The notes beneath the pieces are model-generated. The model was given only the letters and a program-made list of their open reading frames with translations. It ran no database searches and was not told the DNA's origin. The translations under genes and the position numbers were made by a program. A stretch of DNA of 11,396 bases, taken from a virus. Lineage: Duplodnaviria; Heunggongvirae; Uroviricota; Caudoviricetes. The stretch lies in the IMG/VR virus record IMGVR_UViG_3300025782_000009. One strand, written 5' to 3'. Of the stretch, positions 1 through 6,177 are shown one piece after another; position 1 is the stretch's first letter, and each line of letters opens with the position of its first letter.

Positions 1-1126
1 CGTCCACCAATTGGCGAATAATCATCGTACCTGCGCGGGCATAACCCCCAATCAGGTGAATAAGACCAAATCCATAGGCTCCAAAGCCAGGAATATAGGT
101 ATATTGAACAAAATGCTGCCTTTTAAGGTACTTTTTATCGCCTTCTTCCCAGTTTCTGCGGATAGAAAGTACTTTTCTTGACCCTCTTTCAATCGTAATA
201 ACATATGGTCTAGCGATTTCGTCCTCATCTTCATCGCCTGGCAGCACATAATCAACGTGGATTTCAGCCAAATGGTATCTATCGTCATCCGTAATTGAGT
301 ATCCAGACTCGTCAGCTTTCTTTTTCTCAATATCAGTTGGGATATGCATGGGTTCACCCAGCTCAACATCCCTATAAAAGCCATTTACTTGTAATTTTTT
401 GATTTCGTTTTTGGTCTTACGCATCAAATGTGTGACGCGCTCACAGTGCATAACACCGCTAGACCCATATGGCATGATCAAATCTTCTGCGCCAACATAC
501 ATAGCGACTGGTCTGCCAAGATTTTGATCCGGATAAAGCTTCTTAAACGCCGATCCAATCAAGCCAAGGTTAAGCAATAGACGTTCGTGCTCTGGACGAT
601 ACTCTGGCATCTTCTCTACCAGGTAATAGTTCATGTGATTCTGAACTCTTTGCGATGCTTCCATCTTGAGGCGGTCTATCGCCCCCATGATTTCAGTCTT
701 TACCGGGCCAGCCGCAGGAAACGTTTCAGTAATCGTTTCTGCTTGGAAGCGAATCCCAGCTTCTGTAAGCACCGTGCTGAAAACACCACAAGCTCCGTTC
801 CAAGGTTCCGTTCTTTCTTCATATCTCATCCCCAATACTTCAAGACCTTTGACATATGTTTCAGCCCAGTCCTTACGGGAATGAACGTCCGCATCCACTT
901 CTTCTATTAACTTAGCCGACAAAGATTGAAGCTCGCCTTCATCCATGTCTTCAGCCAAGTTAGCATAAAAATCTTCTGAGCTTTCTTTTTCATCTTTAGG
1001 ATCTAAGTCAATTTCAATCCCGCCAATGCCAACGTGCACCGCCTCTGGATTTTCAACTTCAATCTCTATATCCGGTTCAACCGTATTGAGTTGCGGAACG
1101 TTTGAATACAATGCTTTATCTAACAT
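1..1126 (-). CDS. Portal protein (P22-like/podovirus-type), 5' part; the gene runs off the left edge of the window
   Basis: Not in the ORF track because no stop codon lies in the window. Hand translation from ATG at 1126 is open for 375 codons: MLDKALYSNVPQL...FYANLAEDMDEGEL...SRKDWAETYVKGLEVLGMRYEERTEPWNGACGVFSTVLTEAGIRFQAE...RPEHERLLLNLGLIGSAFKKLYPD...HFVQYTYIPGFGAYGFGLIHLIGGYARAGTMIIRQLVD. I recognise these motifs from phage portal proteins. An AAGGA RBS is upstream and the gene follows terL. Confidence 0.88.
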   Translation of the reverse strand, partial: MLDKALYSNVPQLNTVEPDIEIEVENPEAVHVGIGGIEIDLDPKDEKESSEDFYANLAEDMDEGELQSLSAKLIEEVDADVHSRKDWAETYVKGLEVLGMRYEERTEPWNGACGVFSTVLTEAGIRFQAETITETFPAAGPVKTEIMGAIDRLKMEASQRVQNHMNYYLVEKMPEYRPEHERLLLNLGLIGSAFKKLYPDQNLGRPVAMYVGAEDLIMPYGSSGVMHCERVTHLMRKTKNEIKKLQVNGFYRDVELGEPMHIPTDIEKKKADESGYSITDDDRYHLAEIHVDYVLPGDEDEDEIARPYVITIERGSRKVLSIRRNWEEGDKKYLKRQHFVQYTYIPGFGAYGFGLIHLIGGYARAGTMIIRQLVD

Positions 1127-1127
1127 A

Positions 1128-1796
1128 TTAAATCCTTGTAGGCTCAGCGCCTTCTAATTTATATCCAACCATTTGGTCGAATGGAACTTCAGGCATAAAT
1201 AATCTCATACGCAATTTATTTAGCCTGTACTTATCTTTTACATATCTATATGAGTGCGTATTGAAATCCAATACAACTCCTTTAGGAATTACGATATCTT
1301 CTTTATTAAATTTATCTTCAATCTCTTCGTGCGTCATGTATGTATCGCCCCACTCATACACAACGTCAGAACCAAAACTTGGTTGAACACGCCAAAAGAT
1401 TTGTTTCTTTTCTTCACCAATTAATTCTTTAAAACCTTCTTGGAAATAATAACAAAGCTTTTCCTCGGCATCGGTGATATTCTCGCCCTTATAAGCAAAA
1501 CATAATGTCGCATATATCATGCGAGCAACATCTGAACCCTCTACATTCATAGACTTTAAAGATGCGGGAATAAAGTGTTTATCAAAATCTTCTCTCTTAA
1601 CTTCCATAAAAGCCGTTGGTTCACCCATGCGGCAATCAAAATTTTTATCAAGCCATTCTGTCAATTGGGTTGCGTTTTTTATTGGCGCGGGTTTTTCCCA
1701 GGGCATTAAACCAGACTGACTAGCCTTTGCCAGTTCAGGCAACATTAAAAATCCAGCACCCCCGACCAGCGCCTTTAATAAACTTCTACGTTCCAT
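1128..1796 (-). CDS. Hypothetical protein with an N-terminal twin-arginine (Tat)-type signal peptide
   Basis: 222 aa ORF with a GGAG RBS. The N-terminus MERRSLLKALVGGAGFLMLPELAKA matches the Tat consensus xRRxFLK, followed by a hydrophobic h-region and an AxA cleavage site. Its TAA stop is 1 nt from the portal ATG. The mature part is not recognised. Confidence 0.75.
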   Translation of the reverse strand: MERRSLLKALVGGAGFLMLPELAKASQSGLMPWEKPAPIKNATQLTEWLDKNFDCRMGEPTAFMEVKREDFDKHFIPASLKSMNVEGSDVARMIYATLCFAYKGENITDAEEKLCYYFQEGFKELIGEEKKQIFWRVQPSFGSDVVYEWGDTYMTHEEIEDKFNKEDIVIPKGVVLDFNTHSYRYVKDKYRLNKLRMRLFMPEVPFDQMVGYKLEGAEPTRI

Positions 1797-1803
1797 GTTT
1801 ACT

Positions 1804-1817
1804 CCTAGTAATATGCT
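1804..1817 (+). repeat. 14-bp direct repeat, copy 1 (CCTAGTAATATGCT); copy 2 is at 2631-2644
   Basis: Exact match read directly from the sequence. It lies in the 22-bp gap between the 267-aa gene's stop and the Tat-type gene's start. Confidence 0.9.
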
Positions 1818-1818
1818 T

Positions 1819-2622
1819 TTAAATTAATCTTACTCTTCCGCCAACTTTAAAATCGCTTGGCATATCTGTCGTGTTTTGCGCTACCTGCTGAACGACTTGC
1901 GGCGCTTGTGTATTTTGTAAGTCTGGTTGTTGAGTTGGTTGAGTTGGTTGCGCTTGCACGGGCGGCGCAACATAGCCAGTTTTATTTTGAATATACTGTA
2001 GCAGCTGTTGATTCTTTGGATTATTTGGTACGCCCGACTCTATAGAATTTTGAACCCGTTCGTTATAGGCCGCAGCTCTAGAACCATCTCCATTCCATAC
2101 ATGGAAAAACGGTTTACCAGTACGGTCAGCAACTTGTTGTTTATCTAATATTGCCGCAGGAAATCCCGCTGCATAAGGATCATATCCTTGCTTAATTAAA
2201 GACTGCTGTAGTTTATAAGCTTGTGGATTATTCCAATTAAAATTGTTGTAGCCTAAATTAGATCGGCCTTCTTCTAAAGCTATTGCCGTTAATTGATGAG
2301 GCGCTAACATTGGAACGCCATATTTTTCATGTGCTGTTTTATACGCGCTTAACAAATTACCCATTGTTTCTTTATCGTATCCGGTATCTATTGTTTCAAT
2401 GCCTGTCTTTGTTTTATCCGATGCGCGGCGAGCTGGTATATATTGACTTGCGGGAACATCTTTTGCAACTGGTCTTAAAAATTCAATTGTCTTTGCAGAT
2501 TCAGGATGGTCTTTTCTCTCTGGTGCTTCACGCCATTTAGGATAATATTGTGAAAGACTTTCAGGCATAGTTCCCCTTGGGTAATAACCGCCCTGTACGC
2601 TATATACTTTTTCATCCGCCAT
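1819..2622 (-). CDS. Hypothetical protein, possibly lysozyme-like/lytic transglycosylase fold with a Q/P/T-rich linker
   Basis: 267 aa ORF with a G-rich RBS. LTAIALEEGRS resembles the SLT catalytic-Glu helix, and VWNGDG..AAAYNERV resembles the SLT YNxG...Y..V region, but no clear GLMQ motif is present. A low-complexity C-terminal linker ends in KVGGRVRLI. The ORF is well supported; the function call is weak. Confidence 0.4.
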   Translation of the reverse strand: MADEKVYSVQGGYYPRGTMPESLSQYYPKWREAPERKDHPESAKTIEFLRPVAKDVPASQYIPARRASDKTKTGIETIDTGYDKETMGNLLSAYKTAHEKYGVPMLAPHQLTAIALEEGRSNLGYNNFNWNNPQAYKLQQSLIKQGYDPYAAGFPAAILDKQQVADRTGKPFFHVWNGDGSRAAAYNERVQNSIESGVPNNPKNQQLLQYIQNKTGYVAPPVQAQPTQPTQQPDLQNTQAPQVVQQVAQNTTDMPSDFKVGGRVRLI

Positions 2623-2630
2623 TTCTACCC

Positions 2631-2644
2631 CCTAGTAATATGCT
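2631..2644 (+). repeat. 14-bp direct repeat, copy 2 (CCTAGTAATATGCT), encoding the terL C-terminal A-Y-Y-stop
   Basis: Exact match to 1804-1817. On the minus strand it reads (A)GA GCA TAT TAC TAG G. Confidence 0.9.
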
Positions 2645-4113
2645 CTACGTCTTTTCCAGTATTGAGGCTCTTCTTCCTCATCACTGGGTAATCTTAAAAA
2701 CCCACCTTGCCTAAATCTAATCAACGCCTGGCTTGAGCTATCCACATAGTCATCATGTTCCGCGTTAGGGAACCTGGCCATCTCTTCAATTAAATCATCC
2801 GCCCACCGTTTATCTGGTGCCCACACCTTACCTGAATTAAACAAATCCGCCACGCTATTAAGACGTACAAATTTGTCATTTCCACGAGTAGGAGTGTACT
2901 CGCTAACCGGTATTCCCATCTGTCTTAATTCAAACACAAGCGGCGCACCAGCTGCCTTAGCCTCAACAATAAACGCATCAGGCTGCCATTCTTTATATCC
3001 TTCCAGCGCAGCTTTCTTAAGTTGAGGAAACTCCAACTTATCTCTATACGCATCAAGGAGAATAATATGCTTATCTGTTGGGTCTTCATTTAAACTAAAC
3101 ACGCCCCAGGTCGTACAAGCCGAATAGTCAGCGCGTTCCGATTTTGTAAATGCGGTATCCCAACTCTGAATAATAAAATCACAAGGCGGCGGCATCTCAC
3201 TCTTCCATCTCTTCCACGATTCTCGCTTAATAATCGCGCCCTCTTCACCAGTCGGCTGCTGTTGATACTGGGCATTCCACTTATAAACCCCAATCTCTTC
3301 CTTAACCGCCATCAATTCCTTGAGCGGCCAAAACTCAGGCCATAGCGGATTTCCACTTGGCATAATCGCCGGTAACTCAATCACCTCCCAGTCCTCGCCG
3401 GAGGCGTTACGCAAAATTTTTCCCGTTAAGTCTTTATCCGACCACCGGGTCATCACGATTACAATCCTACCCCCTGGTTGTAAACGTTGACGCGGGCCAG
3501 ACGTATACCATTCAAACACGGAATCAAAAACTGTAGGATCTCCCTGGGCTAATCTCGCCTCCTGTTCAGAATGCGGATCGTCAATAATCATTAAGTCCGC
3601 GCCCTTACCAGTCATCGTACCGCCCACACCAATCGCTATATATTCACCTTGAGCATTGGTATTCCACTTACCAGCGGCCTTACTATCAGCAGCCAAAGCA
3701 ATACCAGGAAAGATAGAATCGTATTGCTCGCTATCCACCAAATTACGAACCTTTCTACCAAACCCAACAGCCAGATCGGCAGTGTTACTCGACTGGATAA
3801 CTTTTTTATCAGGATAGTTACCCAGGAACCAGCTAGGCAAAAGGTAAGATGCAAACTCAGACTTAGTATGCCGAGGAGCCATATTGATAATAAGACGCTT
3901 AAGATTTCCATGTACAACCTCTTCAAATTTTTTAGCCATCACAGCGTGGTGTCTGCCGTGCACAAAACCCGGCCACATAAATTTTACATACTCAAGGAAA
4001 TTCGCCTGACACTTCTCCCTTGTCAACGCTTCCTTATATTGCGCCATCTGAGCCAAGAATTTCTCCTGCTCATTCACCGGCAACTTAGCCAATAAATCTT
4101 CAATCTGGGACAT
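2632..4113 (-). CDS. terL: Terminase large subunit
   Basis: Walker A-like INMAPRHTKSE, Walker B LMIIDDPH, motif III/coupling region VMTRW, and RNase H-like nuclease acidic residues in SWDTAF, IVEAKAAG and HDDYVDS. The start is placed at ATG 4113, 6 nt from an AGGA RBS, rather than the track's TTG at 4116. Confidence 0.95.
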   Translation of the reverse strand: MSQIEDLLAKLPVNEQEKFLAQMAQYKEALTREKCQANFLEYVKFMWPGFVHGRHHAVMAKKFEEVVHGNLKRLIINMAPRHTKSEFASYLLPSWFLGNYPDKKVIQSSNTADLAVGFGRKVRNLVDSEQYDSIFPGIALAADSKAAGKWNTNAQGEYIAIGVGGTMTGKGADLMIIDDPHSEQEARLAQGDPTVFDSVFEWYTSGPRQRLQPGGRIVIVMTRWSDKDLTGKILRNASGEDWEVIELPAIMPSGNPLWPEFWPLKELMAVKEEIGVYKWNAQYQQQPTGEEGAIIKRESWKRWKSEMPPPCDFIIQSWDTAFTKSERADYSACTTWGVFSLNEDPTDKHIILLDAYRDKLEFPQLKKAALEGYKEWQPDAFIVEAKAAGAPLVFELRQMGIPVSEYTPTRGNDKFVRLNSVADLFNSGKVWAPDKRWADDLIEEMARFPNAEHDDYVDSSSQALIRFRQGGFLRLPSDEEEEPQYWKRRRAYY

Positions 4114-4501
4114 CAAGTTTCCTAAAATTTATATACACCGGCCGCACACTTCTCTCCATCCCCCGCATCTTCTTTAATACGCCAAGTTTAATAAGCCGCT
4201 CAATTATTTCATGCGTACTCCCCAAACTCCTACTTCCGCGGTACTCCATCACCTCCCTCACAGTCGGCCCATATCCCCTCTTCTTCCAATACTCATCAAT
4301 GAATATAAATACGTTTGCTTGATTTTTTGTCATCTTAAGTTCTAAACACTGTTCATAATTTAGATCACTTCGTTTACTTATCATCTTAGGATTTAATACT
4401 TTTGGATAGTCGCATACCAAACGTTTGGCATGACCCCCCACGAAAGTATTAGATTTGGGCATCGTTTTGCTTTTAACGAATGATAAATTATTACTGTTCA
4501 T
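4100..4501 (-). CDS. LexA-type winged helix-turn-helix DNA-binding protein lacking the peptidase S24 domain
   Basis: MTKNQANVFIFIDEYWKKRGYGPTVREVMEYRGSRSLGSTHEIIERLIKLGVLKK...RSVRP matches the LexA N-terminal pattern LTxRQ...GYPPSVREI...S...HL..L...G.I. The true start is uncertain: there are several in-frame ATGs and no clear SD. The 3' end overlaps the terL start. Confidence 0.75.
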   Translation of the reverse strand: MNSNNLSFVKSKTMPKSNTFVGGHAKRLVCDYPKVLNPKMISKRSDLNYEQCLELKMTKNQANVFIFIDEYWKKRGYGPTVREVMEYRGSRSLGSTHEIIERLIKLGVLKKMRGMERSVRPVYINFRKLDVPD

Positions 4502-4529
4502 TCAAAATTTTTTATATATTTTTTTGGGT

Positions 4530-5258
4530 TTATGTTTTGAGATTGAGGGCATCATCCGTTTTTTCTACTGATCGTTCGGGTGGAATAGTATGCTGGAGTA
4601 CATGGGACTCCGCGCGGTTAAAAGTGGGGGGCGGGGTGGGGTGGGTCTCGCCGGCTGCTGAATTTTCCGCGCCCTGGTTGTCTGGCTCGTTACTTTCCGG
4701 GTGCTCGGTTGATTGTGGCTGCAATTCAGTGAGCAGCGACTCTACATCCTTGGTTGTTACGTCCTCCGCTTGTGCATTCATTAGGGATTGAATCTCAGCC
4801 AGTATCTTGCCGCGTATGTTTTCACTGGAGTGGATTACCTTCGACTCCGTGCGGTGCGTGAATAGACTTACCTCAGTCATTGTGCCGATTGTTTTACTAG
4901 CCTGGAGTTTAATCGCCGGGGAAGTGTTGGGGTTTAGCAGCAGTTCCACCATGGTTTGAACGCTTAAAGCCCTCAAAGATTCGGAGTCGTAATATTTCAA
5001 AGCCTCCTTGGATGCTTCTATGGCATTGATTGCAGATTGGATATTATCTTGAGCCTTCAATTTACTCGCCTTCACTGATACGGTTCTTGGGTTTCCCTTG
5101 CTCTTATATGCTCTGCGGTATGCTTCCGAACCAGTGCATTCTCCTAGAGTAATCTCCTGAACGAACTTCTTTTGCTTATGTGTAAGACCTTTAGTAGCAA
5201 TTAGAGGATTAATAATCTTTTGTTCGTTTAGGTGTTCTTTTATAGATTGACGGCTCAT
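4530..5258 (-). CDS. terS: Terminase small subunit
   Basis: LTHKQKKFVQEI...SEAYRRAY...ASKL...IQSAI matches the N-terminal HTH of phage small terminases. It has a GGAG RBS, is the first gene of the operon upstream of terL, and has an acidic/Pro-rich disordered tail. Confidence 0.8.
   Translation of the reverse strand: MSRQSIKEHLNEQKIINPLIATKGLTHKQKKFVQEITLGECTGSEAYRRAYKSKGNPRTVSVKASKLKAQDNIQSAINAIEASKEALKYYDSESLRALSVQTMVELLLNPNTSPAIKLQASKTIGTMTEVSLFTHRTESKVIHSSENIRGKILAEIQSLMNAQAEDVTTKDVESLLTELQPQSTEHPESNEPDNQGAENSAAGETHPTPPPTFNRAESHVLQHTIPPERSVEKTDDALNLKT
4626..4645 (+). other. Potential G-quadruplex-forming tract GGGGGGCGGGGTGGGGTGGG inside terS
   Basis: Four G-runs (6, 4, 4, 3) separated by single-nucleotide loops, read directly. 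On the coding strand it encodes THPTPPP. Confidence 0.55.
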
Positions 5259-5293
5259 TTAAAACTACTCCGCTTCGCTGATAACAAGCCCGA

Positions 5294-5322
5294 ACTGTAC
5301 CAGAACAAAACCCGAAAAGCAA
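5294..5322 (-). promoter_or_regulatory. sigma70-like promoter for the terS-terL-portal operon
   Basis: The minus strand reads TTGCTT-N17-TACAGT, with a TGn extended -10 (TGG TACAGT). The -10 lies about 35 nt upstream of the terS ATG. Confidence 0.55.
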
Positions 5323-5338
5323 ACGCCGTGCCAGTGAA

Positions 5339-5367
5339 TATTGCAAGGGCTAATAATCCATGCAATA
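5339..5367. promoter_or_regulatory. Palindromic operator-like site 1: TATTGCA-N15-TGCAATA
   Basis: Perfect 7-bp inverted repeat. A second copy with identical spacing is at 5426-5454. Confidence 0.55.
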
Positions 5368-5379
5368 GGTTTTACCTAT
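5365..5379. promoter_or_regulatory. Palindrome ATAGGT-TTT-ACCTAT between the divergent promoters
   Basis: Perfect 6-bp inverted repeat with a 3-nt spacer, overlapping the right arm of site 1. Confidence 0.35.
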
Positions 5380-5410
5380 CAACTCCCGATTCTCAGTGAA
5401 AAAATACAAT

Positions 5411-5438
5411 TAGACAAGGTAAACATATTGTATAGAAT
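5411..5438 (+). promoter_or_regulatory. Strong sigma70-like promoter for the small-ORF array
   Basis: TAGACA-N16-TAGAAT, each 5/6 to consensus, with an A-rich UP-like tract upstream. It lies about 45 nt before the ATG at 5484. Confidence 0.65.
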
Positions 5439-5454
5439 AAACGTTAATGCAATA
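5426..5454. promoter_or_regulatory. Palindromic operator-like site 2: TATTGTA-N15-TGCAATA, covering the -10 and predicted start site of the rightward promoter
   Basis: Same half-sites (one mismatch) and same 15-bp spacer as 5339-5367. Confidence 0.55.
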
Positions 5455-5483
5455 CGCAGAAAACAACGACAGGAGCTAACAAC

Positions 5484-5744
5484 ATGACACAACACCAGTG
5501 GAACACCGGCAGACAATACGACCAATATGGTCAAAGGATGATCGCAACAGTGACAGAGGAAGGAATACAGTTTTCAGACCTCTCCCGGCACATTGATGGA
5601 CTAATCCCGCTTGGCGCGTATATGCGAGGCTCAGACCTGGACAAGCGCACCATTGAAGATTTAGTAATGTTCAACTACGACCAGGGCAACTACACCGGCA
5701 ACAACAAAACGCTAATTTGGCAAGGTCTACTGATGAGCCGTTAA
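5484..5744 (+). CDS. Small hypothetical phage protein (NTGRxY...GQR type); the last codons overlap the hammerhead ribozyme
   Basis: 86 aa, AGGAG RBS at 5471, first gene after the promoter. The C-terminal GLLMSR* is encoded by the ribozyme's stem I 5' arm, core and stem II. Confidence 0.75.
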   Translation: MTQHQWNTGRQYDQYGQRMIATVTEEGIQFSDLSRHIDGLIPLGAYMRGSDLDKRTIEDLVMFNYDQGNYTGNNKTLIWQGLLMSR

Positions 5745-5773
5745 TCGGCGAAACCCCGCGAGGGGTCTAGATC
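5724..5773 (+). ncRNA. Type I hammerhead ribozyme, cleavage predicted after GUC at 5765-5767
   Basis: Stem I 5' arm GGUCUA (5724-29). Core CUGAUGA (5730-36). Stem II GCCG/CGGC with a UUAAU loop (5737-49). Core GAAA (5750-53). Stem III (A)CCCC/GGGG(U) with a GCGA GNRA loop (5753-66). C17 is 5767. Stem I 3' arm UAGAUC (5768-73). All conserved core nucleotides and all three helices are present. Confidence 0.92.
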
Positions 5774-5791
5774 AACTTAGGAGCTTAAACA

Positions 5792-5923
5792 ATGTACTCA
5801 GCACAAATAAACTCATTCGGAAACATTATCGTATGCAAGGGCTGCGAGGTTCGCAACTCATACCGCATTATTTTCACTGGTACTTATAACGAGTGCTTGG
5901 CGCTTAAATTCAAAGGAGTTTAA
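5792..5923 (+). CDS. 43-aa hypothetical protein, first gene downstream of the ribozyme cut (not in the ORF track)
   Basis: MYSAQINSFGNIIVCKGCEVRNSYRIIFTGTYNECLALKFKGV*. It starts in a perfect junction repeat, and its stop lies inside the next one. Confidence 0.75.
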   Translation: MYSAQINSFGNIIVCKGCEVRNSYRIIFTGTYNECLALKFKGV

Positions 5924-5926
5924 ACA

Positions 5927-6175
5927 ATGAACTACATCCCAAAAACCGCATTAAAAGATATTACCGAAAAAATGAAAGATGGCTACGACCTGGGGCTCGC
6001 ACTGTTCTCGGTTTCAATCCATTACGCGATTGATCGCCAGGAGCTGCGCGAGGCATACGATAGAAAATTAAAACGTGATGAGCTTTTGTTTATTGCATCA
6101 AATGCACTGCTCGCCCTTGGCATGGTGTCGGCTTTTCTTTGCCCCGTGTTCTTTTACCTTGCCGCCAGGGGTTAA
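5927..6175 (+). CDS. Small hypothetical protein with a predicted C-terminal transmembrane helix
   Basis: 82 aa with a junction-repeat RBS. Hydrophobic stretch LLFIASNALLALGMVSAFLCPVFFYLAA. Confidence 0.75.
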   Translation: MNYIPKTALKDITEKMKDGYDLGLALFSVSIHYAIDRQELREAYDRKLKRDELLFIASNALLALGMVSAFLCPVFFYLAARG

Positions 6176-6177
6176 CA

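Noticed and set aside
1-560. Apparent frameshifts in the portal gene near 45 and 540
   Set aside because: On careful recount the frame is continuous (AFKKLYPD and LIGGYARAG read through); 1126 to 2 is exactly 375 codons.
52-910. Track ORFs 52..384(-), 587..910(+) and 666..884(+)
   Set aside because: They are alternative-frame or antisense shadows of the portal gene, which is open from 1126 to the window edge.
1930-1950. 9-bp tandem repeat TTGAGTTGG (about 2.3 copies)
   Set aside because: It simply encodes QPTQPT in a low-complexity linker.
1519-4791. Track ORFs 1519..1719, 1857..2045, 2283..2540, 3090..3293, 3636..3926, 3649..4095 and 4480..4791
   Set aside because: They overlap well-supported genes on the other strand or in another frame, and have no RBS or recognisable motifs.
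5295-5310. Possible SOS box starting CTGTACCAG near the terS promoter
   Set aside because: It does not complete CTGT-N8-ACAG (reads CTGT-ACCAGAAC-AAAA).
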